DNA from: the human T2T-CHM13v2.0 reference genome, Homo sapiens
NCBI RefSeq assembly: GCF_009914755.1
Contig: NC_060929.1
DNA length: 64,000 nucleotides
Reading direction: 5' to 3' (one strand)
The position numbers were made by a program, and so were the translations under genes. Under the pieces are notes generated by a model that worked only from the letters and a program-made list of their open reading frames with translations, did not search any database and was not told the origin of the DNA. This document shows, one piece after another, positions 44,734 through 59,062 of this stretch. How positions within the stretch are numbered: the stretch's first letter is position 1; every line of letters starts with the position of its first letter.

Positions 44734-44986
44734 CAGCATTTCTCAAACTTGTACTATTAACATTTGTGCTGGGTAATTCTTTGGGGGGAGGTGGGCTGTT
44801 CTGTGCTTTGCAGGATATCTGGTTTTACCCAGTAGATGTCAGTAGCACCTTCTAGTTGTAATAACACACACACACACACACACACACCCCCACACATGTG
44901 CGCACGCACACACACACAGACACACGTCTCCAGACATTGCCAAACATCCCTTGGGGTGCAAAGTCACCCCTGGTTGAGAAGCACTG
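44734..44986. mobile_element. MER20 (hAT-Charlie) with internal (CA)n expansion
   Basis: TIR-like ends cagcatttctcaa / ttgagaagcactg; gtctccagacattgccaaa; CA-rich tract ~44864-44925. Confidence 0.85.
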
Positions 44987-46093
44987 AAATGTACATGCAT
45001 TTTCTTCTTGATGTTAAATCTGTTAAAGGACTTACTGAGGATTTTGGGATTGTTAGATTCTTTGATTTCCCCCATATCACTGACGTTACAGACTGCTGAA
45101 GTTTTATAATTAATTTCAAAGCCTTTTACACAACTTTAAATTTTGAGATTCAGAAAGCCTATGACTTATAATTCTCAGCCGGAGAATTATAAAAATTAGC
45201 CTAGACTCTAATATTCTTTTCATTTTATAATTCTTGTTTACCTTCCCCTGATTTAGGACTCATTAATGTTATTTTGCATTTTACTTTTTCCTTATTCTTC
45301 TGTCTAAAAATCTACTCTTAATATTTCCTTCTTCATTGTCTGGAGTTACAATCTGTCTAATCTGCTCCATGAATATTTCTAGTTCTGTGCAGTAGAAAAA
45401 TTTGCATCATGCATTGTTTTTCTTTCCATTTAATCATTTTATTCATCCAGCAAGTACTTATTGAGCATTTTTCTAGAGTAAGATCCTGTGCAAGATTATG
45501 GGCATACAATAATGAATAACACTGTAACTATTGAATCAAAGATATGTTTTGACACGAACAAATTAAAAATATTTTTGTAGAGTGTTAATCAGACTTCTCT
45601 TGGCTTCATCTTCCATATAGCTCTCATCAGCTGAAATCTGATTATGTAGCCATTAGCAGATGTGGCATTTTTCTTCTTTCTGGCTCTCTAGTTTCGTTTG
45701 CCTAGAACTTTAATCGTGTTTATCATATGGCCTGTGGAAGCCTCTCCCTCCACCCCCAATGAATAACCAGCTATGATCTTTTTCCCACCTCTTCAGAGGA
45801 TCCACATATTGGTCTCTTCTAAAAAGCAAAGTTTTATTTTTGTCTAATGATCTGGTCTGCTGAGGATTTGCTGGGTCGTCATGGCTGACAATAATACAAT
45901 TGTTGAGTGAGTCACTTGGACCACTTTAGCAAATTAATTCTCAATACTCTGGGTTGTTATCATTATTTCCAAAATTGTAAGGACTTACCCATGAAGATAT
46001 ATTTGGTGTGCTCCTAGGTTTACCCACCTCCCATCCCTTGAGACTTATTTTTAGGGTTAAAAGACTTCTCTTTCAACATGCCTGGCAACGAAG

Positions 46094-46406
46094 AGTGATG
46101 GACAATAGAAAGATTATGTGAGCCACGTATGTACTTTTAAAATAAATAGTAGCCCTATAACAAAGATAAAAAGAAATTGTTGAAATTAATTCTGACAATA
46201 TATTTTGCTGAATCCTACATATCCTAACTATTACCATTTCAGCAAACAATGTAAAAATCGTTAATGAGATATTTTACATTCTTTGTGATGTACTAGGTGA
46301 AATCCAGTGTTTATTTCACGCTTACAGCACATCTCAATTTGGACTAATCATATTGCAAATTTTAATAGTCCCATGGGGCTAGCAGATATCCTACTGGATG
46401 GCAAAG
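46094..46406. mobile_element. MER33 (hAT-Charlie)
   Basis: caatagaaagattatgtgagccac...ttaatgagatattttacattc...cttacagcacatctcaatttggacta. Confidence 0.8.
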
Positions 46407-47464
46407 GTTTAGAATACTAATTTGATAGGTCCACCACACCCAAGGTACAGAAAGTCCCAGCAAAAGGGTTATGGTGACTTCAAGACTGATATATCTTCCC
46501 AGTCCAGAGATTTTTATCTTGTTGTTATCTTTAAAATTTTTCATTTTGTAATTGAAAAATCTATTTGAGTTTGCTTTCCATGGAAATGAAAGGGTTATTC
46601 CTGTTGGATTCTTCACCATAGTGAAGGTAATAGTTTGGGGTTTACACTATTATGTCCCTATAAAGCGTGCAGTACATCTCCTAACAAGACTGCCATTCAT
46701 GTTTTCAATAAATCTTGCACAAGGGTATTAGGGTCTTTGAACTGACAATTGATTTACTGCCTGGAAAATTATTCTTTATTGATTTATATTACATGGAGGC
46801 GACTGCAAATCTATAGTGTCTCTAATCAGAGACAAAATACTAAACTGGGTGTCATTCTTACTTAGACAGGCAATTCCAAGTAGGAGAATTGGTTTCGCAC
46901 CCCCAGGTGACATCTACATATTATTCAGTTATGAATTCCAGTAATCCATAAATTATAATAGATAAAGCAAGTGAGAGCAGGATAATTGATTTAAAAAAAA
47001 AAACCAAGTGTCTTTTGTGCAAACAAGTACTTTAAATGTCAACCCAGCATTCTTTTTTGGTGTGAAACTGGACACCTTGACTTGATTTTTTTCCTGAAAA
47101 TTCTGCATCATATCTGGCTGGTTATTTACACACTGAAAATGCAAAAGCGTTTTTAAGTGAGTAAAACCTTTTAAATAGAAAAGTGCCGTAAGTTGATTAA
47201 TCAGGTTAGGGAAGGTTTCTAAATACTATGTTAAAATGATTTACTAATTTCTGTGAGCTACTTCAGGAAGTTCTCTAAGATTGGGAAGGGTCTGAGTGAG
47301 ATCACCTGCTGTCTTCCCTGCCTTTGCAAACTTCCTTTTGCAGCATGTTCTAATCAAGAGGTTTCTGTCCAGAAAATAACCTGAATTTAATTGAAATGAA
47401 AAGAGAGGAAACATAGCAGCGGGTAGATCACTGCTTGGGCAGAAAGCAATGGAAGATGTAGGAG

Positions 47465-47468
<4 letters not shown>

Positions 47469-47524
<56 letters not shown>
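47469..47524. repeat. (AT)28 microsatellite
   Basis: Uninterrupted AT run. Confidence 0.97.
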
Positions 47525-47528
<4 letters not shown>

Positions 47529-48796
47529 TTTGGTTTTGTGTCAAGTAATTTCACTGAAAGGAAACTTGGATACAGTTTGTTATCTTGATCTCTTTTGAAC
47601 CAAGTGCGTTTTAAATGATAAATGCTTTCTTTTGGCAGTTATGAGCTTATTCTGGGATGTGGAGTGACATGCAAATATATATTTCTGTGTGTATATATAT
47701 ATGTGTGTGTGTGTATATATATACACACATATACACACACATATAGAAATCCTACAGCTTCCATTATTTAACAGTCAATATTCCAATTAATTTAACAATA
47801 TCCAGCTGTAGGATTTTGGGAGGATCTACGACCTCTCTGAAATTGTATGTAAAACATGTACATGTTTAAATGTCCATTCCCCTGGGGAGAGAGTCTACCT
47901 AACAGATTGTACATGTTTAAATGTCCATTCCCCTGGGGAGAGGGTCTACATAACAGACTGTCAAATTTATCCATGACCTCAAAAAAAATCTCAGATATAC
48001 ATTGCATGTTCCTATTTGAATCCATAGCACCAAGCACAGTGCTTAGCAAACAGCAAGTTTTAGTAAATATTTGTTGGATAAATGAATGCTTTCAAGTTGT
48101 GTCAGCGTGATAAGTGGGTTTCCTAGAATACTCCAGTTTGTCCAAAAAATATTTTTCACTTTGCCTAGCTTCTTACAATTCCGACCAAATGTAACCATTG
48201 CTCAATCAACGGTATAACTATGTGTATTTACAGGCAAGCAAAAATTGCCATTTGGGGTTTGGAGCTCAAGATTTTGATCTGATTATCCCAGGTGGCATTT
48301 TTCCATTTCCTATAACATTCCTTCCTGCTACTCTCATTTTTTTTTCTTGTCTTCTCTCCCAGAGCTCTTTCTCTTCCTTTGATGTGCCTCCAAAATGGGA
48401 GAAAAAGTGGAAGCTTGGGAAGGAGTTTTCTACCATAAAAAGTTAATGACGAAAGGTATCATTGTGACATCCATTCAGAGACGCTTCTTGTTTGATTCAA
48501 TAAGAAATTAAAATCCATTTGTTTATTTAAGAGTCATACCTTGATTGTGGGCTTGGACCTGGTGAAATACACAGAGACCTTGTCTTTATGGAGCTTACAG
48601 TTTAATGTTGAAATAACAAAATACATATTTTTAGTCAACAGTGCAGTGGTTTGGTTTTGTATCAGGTAATTTCACTGAAGGGAAACTTAGATGCAGTTTG
48701 TTACCTTGATCTCTTTTGAACCAGCTGCATTTTAAATGATAAAAGCTTTCTTTTGGCAGTTCTGTGTTTATTGCAGGGCCTAGAGTGACATGCAAA
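47529..48796 (+). repeat. 147-bp dispersed direct repeat pair (47529-47675 and 48650-48796)
   Basis: Gap-free alignment, about 20 mismatches by manual count (~86% identity). Confidence 0.95.
47805..47990. mobile_element. MER103C-like DNA element containing a 51-bp tandem duplication (47857-47958)
   Basis: ctctgaaattgtatgtaaaa...ctggggagagggtc...tccatgacctcaaaaa; unit tgtacatgtttaaatgtccattcccctggggagagRgtctacMtaacagaY x2. Confidence 0.65.
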
Positions 48797-48879
48797 GTCC
48801 TAGGTAGCAAGAACTGTGCAGTTGAGTTTATTCTTGCTGGGTAGGTCCTGCTTTGAGGCTCAGGGCAATGGGTTAAAGC

Positions 48880-48881
<2 letters not shown>

Positions 48882-48934
<53 letters not shown>
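48882..48934. repeat. (TG)26 microsatellite
   Basis: Uninterrupted TG run. Confidence 0.97.
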
Positions 48935-48937
<3 letters not shown>

Positions 48938-49899
48938 CAAAGGCAGGCTACTCCTCTCTCCCTTTATTTTCCTGTCTTCCAACCTAAGACAGCAATAACA
49001 AAAGCACTCTCATTCCTGTAAATAGTATCCAATTCTGTACTTCTCTACAAGGAAGCACACATCTAGATCTTGTATTTACCATACAGTGTACCATCAGGTT
49101 TAGTATTTTTCCTCATTCGATTACTTTCTGTTAAAAAAAATTCAAACAACAGAGATACTGGGTCTTTAAAAACTGAAAACTAGATTTTTTTTAGTCGTTG
49201 TAGACAAGCAGTTTAATGAAAATGCTACTGAAATGCTTTTTCCTCTATAAAAACTAGTAAATCAATTACAAAAGCAATTTCCTTACACAGTATGACTTTA
49301 TTGTGTTTGACCAGGGCATTTGATAAGTATTAGTTCTTGCTGAGAGCAAAGAGTAAATTTTATTTCAAGCTTTTCTTTCATGCAAACAGCGAGAGAAACC
49401 CTGCAAGGACAGTTGGATGCAGCCTTACCTTGGTTATATGTGCACAGAGGATGAGGGAATCCATTGGCTGGCCCGACTGCTTCGATGTCTACACTAAGAA
49501 AAGCAAGAAAGAGACTCTTTTCCTAATAAAAATGGGGGAAATGATGGCAAATTCTCATTTCTGGGCTTATTGAATACAGAAGCAAGTGTTACGGTATTCT
49601 TTCTTTCTTATTTGAGAGATCGTTCCCCATTACACAAGCACATGACCAAATTCTAGTCAAGCAAAACAATGTATGAAAATACAGATAAAAAAATCTAGGT
49701 TTTATGTGTGAACATATTGGAGTGGAGGATTAGCAGCTATGAATTTCCTTTCTGTTTCTGCGAGTAATATACAGATTGTCTTTGGGCCTAATGATATAAA
49801 AGCAGAAAAAAGACTTGCGATTTTCTGTGTGCCTAGTACTGTCCTAGGATTCATGTGACTCACATACCCCACTTTCTTTGTCCCCAGTGTATTTTGTGT

Positions 49900-50070
49900 C
49901 ACCCACCAATGACTGAGGCAAAACATGCATATTGACTCAGTGTCTCTGTTTCCCAGCTGTAAATTGCTGATCATCATAATATCTATGCCATTCTATCTCA
50001 TACAGTTGTAATAAAAGTGAAATTAGTTAATGGGTATGCTCAACAAATGTTAGCCACAGAAAGTGCTAGA
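49900..50070 (+). mobile_element. MIR fragment
   Basis: ctcagtgtctctgtttcccagctgtaaattg...tatctcatacagttgtaataaaagtgaaattagttaat. Confidence 0.65.
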
Positions 50071-50244
50071 ATGAATGAGACGTGCTGTTTTATAACAGGA
50101 ATGTAGACAAATGAGGTATAATAATTTTCTTGATGACTTCTCCCATTCATCTTCCTCCTATGCTCAGTCAGAGGGTGCTCCCTTCTCCCTGCTCCCACAC
50201 TACCATGTATGTACCTTATCACACATTAATTATATGAAATTCAA

Positions 50245-50535
<291 letters not shown>

Positions 50536-51181
50536 TGTATGTATATATGAAATTCAAATACCAGCCATCCCCAACCTCAGCATGCAGACTCTTACATGGG
50601 AGAGTATATTACTTAATTTTGTTTTCTCAGTAACTAGTCTCATTCCTGAAACAGACAGGAATAACTGAAAAATGTTTGTTTAAAAAGGGGGCAGAAAGCC
50701 AAGAACTGAAGTAGTCCTTTGAAGATAGGATAAAAAATTAATTGGAAGAGATGAAGACATCCAAGATTATGGCAGCAGAGCAAGCATAGGTCAGAGGAGG
50801 AGATAGGAGAGGAAGGCAGTACAGAAGGGTAGATAAGGAGGGAAAATATTTGAAAATAGGCTAAAAACATACAAAATTGATGTTTTGGTAAGAGTGTTGA
50901 AAACATTATGCATATTTTGTTGATAAGGTCTTCAGTGTCAACTTGAAGAATTTGGTAGGAATTTAGATTTTTGAAATAATAAGAAGCCATGTATTTTATG
51001 TATTATGCAAAGTGTGCAGTTTGAATTCTATGTGAGTTTTTAGGTAAATTCCAAACACAACCCTTAACCTATCAGAAGACTTACAGTATCGTTTGAGAAG
51101 ACAAGGCTTGAATTCTGATGGGTATAAGATGAACAGAAGATTAGTAGTAGCTGACTAAAACTTTTCAGTCTGTAATATTAA

Positions 51182-51544
<363 letters not shown>

Positions 51545-51787
51545 GAATCTAATGTTTTAATGGCAAACATGATAAAAGTGGTCCTTGGCTTAAAGGAGAA
51601 TTCAGTCTGGCAGAGGAGACAAAATTAACTAGGCAACATCACTGTGTGCTAAGAGTTGTGGGATTATATATGTGGGATATCTAACCCAAACCTAAGGGAT
51701 TAGAGAAGACTTCTCCAGGAATGTGAGGCCTAAGTAGGACCTAATCATAGAGGTACTTATGAGCCATATAACAAGAGCAGAATTCTG

Positions 51788-51845
<58 letters not shown>
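51788..51845. repeat. (TCTA)14 tetranucleotide STR
   Basis: Perfect run preceded by one TCTG. Confidence 0.97.
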
Positions 51846-52084
51846 ATTGTATTGTTCTATCATCTACTGATTATCTATTTTCTCTTTATATAGTTTGGAA
51901 AATGATTGAGAGGCTAAAGACTGAGAAGCATTTAGGAGGCTTTTGAAGTATTCCTGAGAGTTAGTTGTGGCTTGACTAGAGCAGGGAGAATAAGGGCTTA
52001 GAGACAGATGAACATTAAAAAAACATTTACGGAAAAAGTTGTGGAGTTAGGGAGAGGGGGCAGATTTAAGTTTCATTGGCTTGT

Positions 52085-55000
52085 GCACCATGCTGTTTTG
52101 GTTACTATTGTTTTGTAGTATAATTTGAAGTTAAGTATTGTGATTCCTCTAGTTTTCTTCTTTCTGTGTAGGGTAGCTTTGGTTATTCTGAGTCTTCTGT
52201 GGTTCCATATAAATTTTAGGATTGTTTTTTCTGTTTCTGTGAGGAATGTCATTGGTGTTTGAGATGAATTGCATTGAATTATTGGACAATTTTGCAATAT
52301 TGATTCTTTCAATCCAGGAACATGGAATATTTTTCCATTTTTTGGTGCCCTCTTTAATTTCTTTCAGTAGTGTTTTGTAGTTTTCGTTATAGAATTCTTT
52401 GATTTATTCTCAGGTATTTAATTTTATGTGTGGCTATTACAAATGGGATTACTATTTTTTAAAATTTCTTTTTCACATTGTTCACTATTGGTGTATAGAA
52501 ATGCTACTGATCTTTGTATGCTGATTTTGTATCCTGCAATTTTTCTGAATTGGTTTATCAGTTCTAAGAATTTTCTTGTGGAGTCTAGGTTTTTCCAAAT
52601 ATGAGATTATATTATCTGGAAACAAGGATAATTTGACTTCTTCCTTTCCAGTTTGGATTTTTAAAAATTTCTTTCTATTGTCTGATTGCTCTAGCTAGGA
52701 CTTCCAGCACTATGTTGAATAACAGTGGTGACAATGTGCATTCTTGTGTTCCAGATCTTAGAGGAAATGCTTTCAGTTTTTCCCCATTTAGTTTGGTACT
52801 AGCTCTGGGTCTGTCATAAATGGCTTTTATTACGTTGAGGTATGTTCCTTCTATCCCCAGTTTTTTGAGGGTTTTTTTTTTATCATGAAGGGATGTTAAA
52901 TTTTATCAAATGCTTTTTCAGAATCAATTGAAATGATCATATGGTTTTTATTTTTCATTCTGTTGATATGATATATCACATTGATTGATTTGCATACTTT
53001 GAATTGTCCTTGTATCCCAGGGATAAACTCTACTTGGTCATGATGAATGGTGTTTCTAATGTATTGTTGAATTTGGTTTGCTTGTATTTTGTTGAGGATT
53101 TTTACATCAATGTATTCATCGGAGATGTTGGCCTGTAGTTTTCTTTTCTTTATGTGTCTTTGGTTTTGGTATCAGGGTAACTCTGGCCTAGTAGGATGAG
53201 TTTGAAAGTATTCCCTCTTCCTCCATTTTTTGGGTTAGTTTGAGTAGAATTGGTACTAGTTCCTCTTTAAATGTTTGGTAGAATTTGGCAGTGAAGCCAT
53301 CAGGTTCCAGGCTTTTCCTTACAGGGAGATTTTTTTATTATGGCTTCGATCTTGTTACTTATTGGTCTGTCCAGGTTTTGGATTTCTTCCTGGTTCAATT
53401 TTGGTAGGTTGTATGTATCTAGGAATTTGTCCATTTCTTGTAGATTTTCCAGTTTCTTGGCATATATTTGCTCATAGCAGCTGCTTTGAATTTCTGCGGT
53501 ATCAGTTGTATTGTCTTCTTTTTCATTTCTGATTTTATTTGGATCTTCTCTCTTTTTTTCTTAGTCTTGCTAAAAGTTTGTCTATTTTGTTTAACTTTTC
53601 AAAACACCAACTTTTCATTTCACTGACTTTTTTTGTATTTTTTATTTTTAAATTTCAATTTCATTTATTTCTGCTCTGATCTTTATTATTTCTTTTCTTC
53701 TACTAATTTTCGGTTTGGTTTGCCCTTGCTTTTCTAGCTCTTTAAGATACATTGTTAGATTGTTCATTTGAAGTTTTTCATCTTTTCTGATGTAGGCACT
53801 TATAGCTATAAACTTCCCTCTTAGTAATGCTTTTGCTAACCATAGGTTTTGGTACATTGTGTTTCCATCATCATTTATTTTAATACATTTATCAATTTCC
53901 TTCTTTTTTTGTTTTTGTTTTTTAGACAGAGTGTCTTTGTCGCCCAGGCTGGAGTGCAGTGGCGTGATTTCGGCTCACTGCAACCTCCGCCTCCTGGGTT
54001 CAACCAATTCTCTGCCTCAGCCTCCCGAGTAGCTGGGATTATAGGCACCCACCACCAGGCCTGGCTAATTTTTGTATTTTTAGTAGAGATGGGGTTTCAC
54101 CATCTTTGCCAGGATGGTCTTGAACTCCTGACCTCATGATCCACCCACCTCAGCCTCCCAAAGTGCTGGGATTACAGGCATGAACCACTGCAATTTCCTT
54201 CTTAATTTCTTCATTAACCCACTGTTCATTCAGGACCATATTGTTAAATTTCTATGTGTTTGTATAGTTTCCAAAATTTATCTTTTCATTAATTTCTAGT
54301 TTTATTCCATTGTGCTCAGAGAAGATGCTTGATATTATTTCAATTTTTTGATTGTTTTAAGACTCGTTTTGTGACCCAACGTATGGTCTATCCTTGAGGA
54401 AGATTCATGTGCTGAAGAAAAGAATGTATATTCTGTAGCTTTTGGAAGAAATGTTCTGTAAGTATCTATTAGACACATTTGGTTTATGGTGCAGATTAAT
54501 TCTGTTTCTTTGTTGATTTTCTGTCTGGAAGATCTGTCCATTGCTGAAAGTGGGGTGTTGAAGTCTCCAGCTATTATTGTATTGGGGCCTATTTTCTCTT
54601 TAGCTCTAGTAATATTTCCTTTATATATCTGGGTGCTCCAGTGTTTGCACATATATATTTGAAATTGTTGTATCTTCTTGCTGAATTAACCACTTTATCA
54701 TTATATAGTAACCTTTTTTGTCTTATAGTTTTTGTCTTGAAATCTATTTTTTCTAATATAAATAGAGAGACTCCTGCTCTTTTTTGGTTTCCATTGTCAT
54801 GAAATATCTTTTTCTATCCCTTTGTTTTCAGTCAATATGTGTCTTTATAGGTGAGGAATGTTTCTTGTAGGCAACAGATGAATGGTTCTTGTTTTTGTTC
54901 ATTCATTCAGCTGGTTTATGTCTTTTGATTGAATAATTTATTCCATTTACATTCAATGTTATTGTTGATAACACTTAGTTATTTGTTTTCTGGTTGTTTT

Positions 55001-58000
55001 GTGATCTTTTCTTCCTTCTTCATTCCTGTCTTCCGCTAGTTAGGGTGATTATCTCTGGTGATATGATTTAGTTCCTTGCTTTTATTTTTTGTGTATTCAT
55101 TGTACGTTTTTTTGGCTTTAGTTTACCATGAAGCTTGCAAATACTATCTTATAACCCATTTTTTTAAAATCTGATAGTAACTTAACACTATTTACCTAAA
55201 CATGCAAGCAAAAAGAAAACCTAAAAAAACTTGCCTTAACTTGTCCCCTAGCTTTTTAACTTTTTGTTGTTTCTCTTTATGTTCTATTGTACTAAGTCTT
55301 GAAAAGTTGTAGTTTTTTTTATTGATTTATCATTTAGTCTTTCCACCTAAGATAAAAGTAGTTTATGCACCGCAGTTACAGTGTTATAATATTCTGTGTT
55401 TTTCTATGTACTTACTATTACCAATAAGTTTTGTACCTTCAGGTTTATGTGTTGTTCATTAACGTCCTTTTCTTTTTGATTGAAATACCCCCTTTAGCAT
55501 TTCTTATAGAAGGGATCTGGTATTGATGAAATCCCTCCGCTTTTGTTTATCTGGGAAATTCTTTATTTATCCTTCATGGTTGAAGGATATTTTTACCGGA
55601 TATACTATTCTAGGGTAAAAGTATTTTTCCTTCAGCACTTTAAATATGTCATGCCACTCTCTTCTGGCTTGCAAGGTTTCCACTGAAAAGTCTGTTGCCA
55701 GATGTGTTGGAGCTCCATTGTACGTTATTTGATTCTTCTCTCTTGCTGTTTTTAGGATTCTTTCTTTATCTTTGACCTTTGAGAGTTTGACTATTAAATG
55801 CCACGAGGTAATCTTTTTTGGGTTAAATCTGCTTGGTATTATATAACCTTCTTGTACTTGGATATTTATATCTTTCTCTGGGTTTGGGAGGTTCTCTGTT
55901 ATTATCCCTTTGTATAAATTTTCTACCCCTATCTCTGCTCTATCACCTCTTTATGGCCAATAACTCTTAGATTTGCCCTTTTGAGACTGTTTTCTAGATC
56001 TTATAGGCGTGCTTTATTATTTTTTATTCTTTTTTGTCTCCTCTCACTGTATTTTCAAATAGCCTGTCTTCAAGCTCACTGATTCTTTCTTCTGCTTGAT
56101 CCATTCTGCTATTAAAACACTCTGATGCATTCTTTAGTAGGACAATAGCAGTTTTCAGCTCCAGAATTTCTGCTTGATTATTTAAAATTACTTTCATGTC
56201 TTTGTTAAATTTATCTGATAGAATTCTGAATTCCTTCTCTGTGTTATCTTGAATTTCTTTGAGTTTCCTCAACACAGCCATTTCTAAAAGGTTGTATTTC
56301 TCTGTTTCTCCAGGATTGGTCCCTGGTGCCTTATTTAGTTCATTTGATGAGGTAGTATTTTCCTGGATGGTTTTGATGCTAGTAGATATTGTTTGGTGTC
56401 TGGGCATTGAAGAGTTAGGTATTTATTGTGGTCTTCACTGTCTGTGCTTATTTGTAGCTTTCCTTCTTGGGAAGGCTTTCCGGATATTTGAAAGGACTTG
56501 GATGTTGTGATCTATGCTATTCCTACTTTAGGGGGCACCCCAAGCCCAATAATGCTGTGGTTCTTGCAGACTCCTAGAGGTACTGTATAGATTGTCTTGG
56601 CAAAGATCTGGGAGAATTCTCTGGATTACCAGCAGACTCTTGTTCTCTTACTTTACTTTCTCCCAAACATACAGTCTCTCTTTCTCTCTTTTGGGGCCAC
56701 CTAAAGCTGGAGGTGGAGTAACAAAAGTACCCCTATAGCCACCACCACTATGACTGGGCTGGATCAGACCTGAAGCCAGCACAGTGCTGGGTCTTGCCTA
56801 TGGCCTGCTGTAACCACTCTCTGGCTACTGCTTATGTTTGCTCAAGGCCCTAGGCCTCTACTATCAGCAAGAGGCAAAGCCAGTCAGTCCTATGCCCTCC
56901 CTTTTAGGTTAGTGAGGTCCCCTCAGGACTGGTTGAGTCCAGAAGTGTTATCCAGGAGTCGGACAAGAGTCAAAAACCTTAGAAATCTACCTGGTATTCT
57001 ATTGTATTATGGCTGAGCTGGTACTCTAACCATAAGATGCAGTCCTTCCAACTCTTCCCTCCCCTTTCCAAAGGCTGAGGAGCCTCACTCCCATAGCTAC
57101 CACCACCCCTGCCCACAAGGAGTACTGCCAGACCACCACTGATGTTTCCTTAAGGCACAAGGTCTCTTAAGTCAGCTTGTGGTGAATGCTGCCTGGCCTG
57201 GGACTAACCCTTCAGGGCAGTGGGCTTCCCTCTGGCCCAGGGCAGGTCCATAAATGCCATCCAATAATCAAGTCCTGGAATTGGGGACCCCAAGAGTCCA
57301 CTTGGTGCTCTATGCACCTATGGCAGTGTTGGTACCTGAAGCCGGTAAGTCTCAGAGGCTCAGTAAAGCCCTTGATGTAGTACCTAGGTATCACTGTTGG
57401 TTATTCAGGGCCCAAAGGCTCTTCAGTTAGCAGGTGATCAATGCTGGCAGGACTGGGTCCTTTCCTTCAAGGTAGAGGGTTCCCTTCTGGCCCAGGGTGT
57501 TTCTATAAATGTGGTCTGGAAGCTAGGGCCTGTAATGGTGGCCTCATAACACTGACTGGTGCCTTACCCTGCTGTGGCTGAGCTGGTATCCAAGATGCAT
57601 GACTAAGTCCTGCCACTCTTCCCTCTCCTCTCCTCAAGCTGAAGGAAGGAGTCTCTTTTGGAGCTGCAAGCTGTGCACCCTGGGGTTGGGGGGCGGGGTG
57701 ATGCCAGCACTCCCTTGGCTGCCCTACCTGGTGTCTTAATATATCACATGCCCCCCTTCCCCAGTCCACTTTCTCTAGGCCTAGTTCAGCCCTAGGACTC
57801 ACCTAAGGGTCGCAGTCCTTATGGCCTAGACTGCCTTTCAAATTTACTTAGAGTCCCAGAGCACTTTGTCCCTCAGTGGCGAGGTTTATAGGCACTCAAA
57901 TTCAGACCGTTATCTAGGACTGGTTTAAATGCTCCCCCTGTGGGTGGGTGTCAGGTAGTTTGGTTTGCTTTTTCTTTCTGCTCTAACAGAACAGCCCTGA

Positions 58001-58295
58001 GTTCAATGCCTCACAATTGTTGTGTTCTCCCTCCTCCAGTGTCTGGAGACGCACTCTGAACCATGCTGCTGTTGCTGCCAGGGGTTGGGAAGGGGTGGTA
58101 TCAGTGATTCAAGATTGGTATTTCTAACTCTTCAGTGCCTCTTTCAGTGATGTGTTAAACCAGGTACTATGAGTGCTCACCTGTTTCTTGGTTCTTATGA
58201 AGGTGTTTCTTTCTGTACAGATAATCGTTAACTTGGTGTCCTTGTTGGGGGAGTGATCGGTGGAGCTTTCTAGTCTGCCATCTTTCTCCATCTCC
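52085..58295 (-). mobile_element. L1MA1-3/L1M1-type LINE-1 with intact 5' end, long 5'UTR, ORF1 and 3'-truncated ORF2
   Basis: Minus-strand start ...AAAGATGGCAGACTAG; ORF1 peptide 56024-56407 (RMDQAEERISELED); ORF2 peptides ([31 protein letters not shown]); ends at KTAW with no 3'UTR or poly(A). Confidence 0.88.
53906..54190 (-). mobile_element. AluS (Sg-like) nested in L1 ORF2
   Basis: Perfect 13-bp TSD caatttccttctt (53893-53905, 54191-54203); first ~8 nt missing. Confidence 0.95.
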
Positions 58296-58329
58296 TATCT
58301 AAAATTCCTAGATATTTCTTATATCAGTA

Positions 58330-59062
58330 AAACTTATAATAAACTTTTGTATGTATATATGCACATAGTTTCCCAGAGAACTGGCTGTTACGCATTTATT
58401 CAAACAGTACTGATCACATACATCTCCCCACACAGTTCCCTCACACCCTTTTGCTTCTTGCCTTCATCCCTGGCCCCATATAACTGTTGATCTATTGTCA
58501 TTGTAGATTATTTTTGCCTGTTCTACAATTTTATATGTATTATTATATATATTTCAATATATTATTTTATATAAATGTAAACATACTTTTTTATATATTG
58601 CTTTTTTTTTACTCAATATCATGTTTTAAAGATTCAGCTATGTTGTTACAACTATCAGAATATCTATAGTTGGTTTATTTTCTGATTGCTACATAGTATT
58701 CTACTATATGTAAATACCATAATTGCTTTTTCATTCACCTGTTGAAGGACTTTTTTTTCTTTAGTTATTGGCTATTATAAATAAAGCTGCTATAAGTTTT
58801 TGTACACAAGCTATTTCATGGCTGATATTTATCATTTCTTTTGGAGGAAATACCTAGGAGTAGAATTGCTAGGTCATATGGAACATATGTTTTATGTTCT
58901 AAGAAGCTGCTAAACTTTTCCAAAGTGGCTGTACTATTTTACATTCCCCCAGTCTTGTCTGAGAATTCCACCTACTCCACATCCTCACCAATACTGCATT
59001 GTCTTCATCTTCTTAATTTTAACCACTTAAAATGTGTGTATAGGTAATTCATTGTGGTTTAA
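58330..59062 (-). mobile_element. Old L1ME-type 3' fragment
   Basis: tagattatttttgcctgttctacaattttatat...tacctaggagtagaattgctaggtcatatgg...ttccaaagtggctgtac. Confidence 0.7.
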
